DNA of 14,764 bases, from IMG/VR virus record IMGVR_UViG_3300030618_000005, one strand, 5' to 3'. The stretch comes from a virus (Duplodnaviria > Heunggongvirae > Uroviricota > Caudoviricetes). Every line of letters starts with the position of its first letter. The stretch's first letter is position 1. The position numbers and the translations under genes are program-made. Below the pieces are notes generated by a model, which saw only the letters and a program-made list of their open reading frames with translations, was not told the DNA's origin and did not search any database. This document shows positions 13,390-14,764 of this stretch, one piece after another.

Positions 13390-14101
13390 TTTGTTCTTCC
13401 TCATCTGCTACGCCCAGCAGCAACGCATGTTGGTTGGCGGGGTCATTCAGGTAGTCGGCGGCCATCTTCTCCGCAGCAGACCCATCTGAGATGTCGTAAC
13501 TCATGCCCTCGTCGTCCTTACCAGCGGACCCGGCATTTGCCTTCACTAAATCCAACGCGGGCTTCCATGTGTTGTCGAAAGCACTGCGCGTCATCTGAAG
13601 ATTGACCCACGTCAGGTCGTTGGCACCAACGAACCCTTTGAGAGTTCGCACGTGTCGCTTCAGGTCTTCAAGATCGATGTAGTCCCCTGTGGCTTCATCC
13701 TTCACCATAAAAGCTTTGATGAACTCCGTCATAGGGGTGTGAGCGTTGGTCACCGGGTTCACGTAATCGACAGCCGGGTCGAGAGATGTGATCTCTCGCA
13801 GCCGTGCGATGCCCAGTGGCTCGTACTCGATACGCGGTATGCCCATCACGTTCATGATCTTCGCCATGCGCGTTAGGTACTGGACCTTGCGAGGCTTGAT
13901 CTTCAGAGTCTTAGTGAACTCCTGAAACGTGTTGAACGGTGCGTAGAAGCCCTTCGACTCGATCTTGGCACAAAGCTCAGCAATGTCGAAGTTGCTTGTG
14001 TTGACGCTATTGATGACCTTCTCTAAGGCGGCCCGTGTTGCAGCCGCCTCTCCTGCCACTACTGCCCCGACGATTACTGTAGGAGCCAAAGGCTTGCTCA
14101 T
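13334..14101 (-). CDS. Hypothetical protein, possibly DNA-binding, with acidic C-tail, 255 aa
   Basis: ATGA coupling at 14098-14101; basic helical segment (LKIKPRKVQYLTRMAK) is HTH-like; acidic end DEEEQNEVDSGIED. Confidence 0.8.
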   Translation of the reverse strand: MSKPLAPTVIVGAVVAGEAAATRAALEKVINSVNTSNFDIAELCAKIESKGFYAPFNTFQEFTKTLKIKPRKVQYLTRMAKIMNVMGIPRIEYEPLGIARLREITSLDPAVDYVNPVTNAHTPMTEFIKAFMVKDEATGDYIDLEDLKRHVRTLKGFVGANDLTWVNLQMTRSAFDNTWKPALDLVKANAGSAGKDDEGMSYDISDGSAAEKMAADYLNDPANQHALLLGVADEEEQNEVDSGIEDTFDKAPSFG

Positions 14102-14385
14102 TTGACCTTCTTCGTTACCTTCTTGCGTACCGGCTTCGGCTTAGCGAACGTCAGTTCTAACGTTGCTTCCAAGTCTTGCAGCGCAGCTATTGCGCGTTTG
14201 ATCTTTGCCAGCCCGGACTTCTTGTAGAAGTACCATGTGATCTTGTCCTCGCAGTCAGCCAGTTGCATCATGCCGTAAGGATCACGAGAGCCTTCTATGA
14301 CCTTGTAGTTGATCGTAGAGTCACAGTGCAACGGATCAAGGTACGTGGATGAAGCTGCTACTAGTTTGCGAGTACGAGTCGCCAT
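14098..14385 (-). CDS. Hypothetical protein with Lys-rich C-tail, 95 aa
   Basis: AAAGGGA RBS; ends KPKPVRKKVTKKVK. Confidence 0.8.
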   Translation of the reverse strand: MATRTRKLVAASSTYLDPLHCDSTINYKVIEGSRDPYGMMQLADCEDKITWYFYKKSGLAKIKRAIAALQDLEATLELTFAKPKPVRKKVTKKVK

Positions 14386-14387
14386 AG

Positions 14388-14764
14388 TTATCCCTTTACT
14401 GGAAGCACCACTGGTTTGAGTTGGCGGGACTGGGAGGTAGCAGCACCAGAAACAGAACCCTGAGGTTGCGCCGTCGCCGCCTGTTCCTGCGCAGCTCTCA
14501 TCGCCTCGAACGCTCTGATCTTATCCTCAGTCTCCTTACGGTGAATGAGGAATGCAATCTGATCCCAATTGTTCTGATACGGGATGGCCTTGTCGTCGAT
14601 GTAGAAGTCCGCGCTCGGCTTGCCTTTGGACCCATCGTCGATGTGATCGAACGGGATGTCGTTGGCCTTCAGGAAGTCAACCATCGCCTTCACTTGCTTA
14701 CGCTCAAGCACTGGCTGCGCCGGGTCTCCGCCATAGATGTCGTAGTCCCAGTGGCAGCTACGGC
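14388..14764 (-). CDS. Second HAD-superfamily phosphatase, C-terminal part; start lies beyond the right edge
   Basis: Frame stays open past the ORF-track GTG to the window end (...RSCHWDYDIYGGDPAQPVLE...); GKPSADFYIDDKA matches HAD motifs III/IV; motif I is not visible. Confidence 0.7.
   Translation of the reverse strand, partial: RSCHWDYDIYGGDPAQPVLERKQVKAMVDFLKANDIPFDHIDDGSKGKPSADFYIDDKAIPYQNNWDQIAFLIHRKETEDKIRAFEAMRAAQEQAATAQPQGSVSGAATSQSRQLKPVVLPVKG

Noticed and set aside
61-13876. All plus-strand ORFs in the track (e.g. 739..1395, 2981..3604, 5713..6411)
   Set aside because: They are antisense shadows of motif-supported minus-strand genes, with no recognisable motifs.
1-14764. CRISPR array, integrase, transposase, rRNA
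   Set aside because: No regularly spaced repeats or corresponding motifs seen by eye.

Overview
Bacteriophage (or prophage) DNA, with every credible gene on the minus strand, tightly packed and often translationally coupled (ATGA/TAATG/TAGTG overlaps). It is a replication/recombination/accessory region. In transcription order (right to left) it holds: a partial HAD phosphatase, several hypotheticals, a second HAD phosphatase, an HNH endonuclease, an SF2 helicase, an OB-fold RNA ligase (DRB0094/Rnl5 type), a structured RNA hairpin and a tRNA-Trp(CCA), a Cys/His-rich protein carrying enzyme-like motifs, a strong sigma70-type promoter, a T7 gp4/Twinkle-like primase-helicase, a T4 endonuclease VII-like nuclease, a bacterial-type RecA, small membrane and cupin proteins, and the start of a GH24 lysozyme. 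The tRNA, the lysozyme and a 50-aa Cys-rich ORF are missing from the ORF track. The most notable observations are (i) an RNA ligase + hairpin + tRNA cassette bounded by exact 17-bp direct repeats, and (ii) a protein that strings together short motifs resembling the signatures of family A DNA polymerase, ribonucleotide reductase and P-loop ATPases, a possible immune decoy (hypothesis only). All family calls come from motif recognition by eye; no database search was run.
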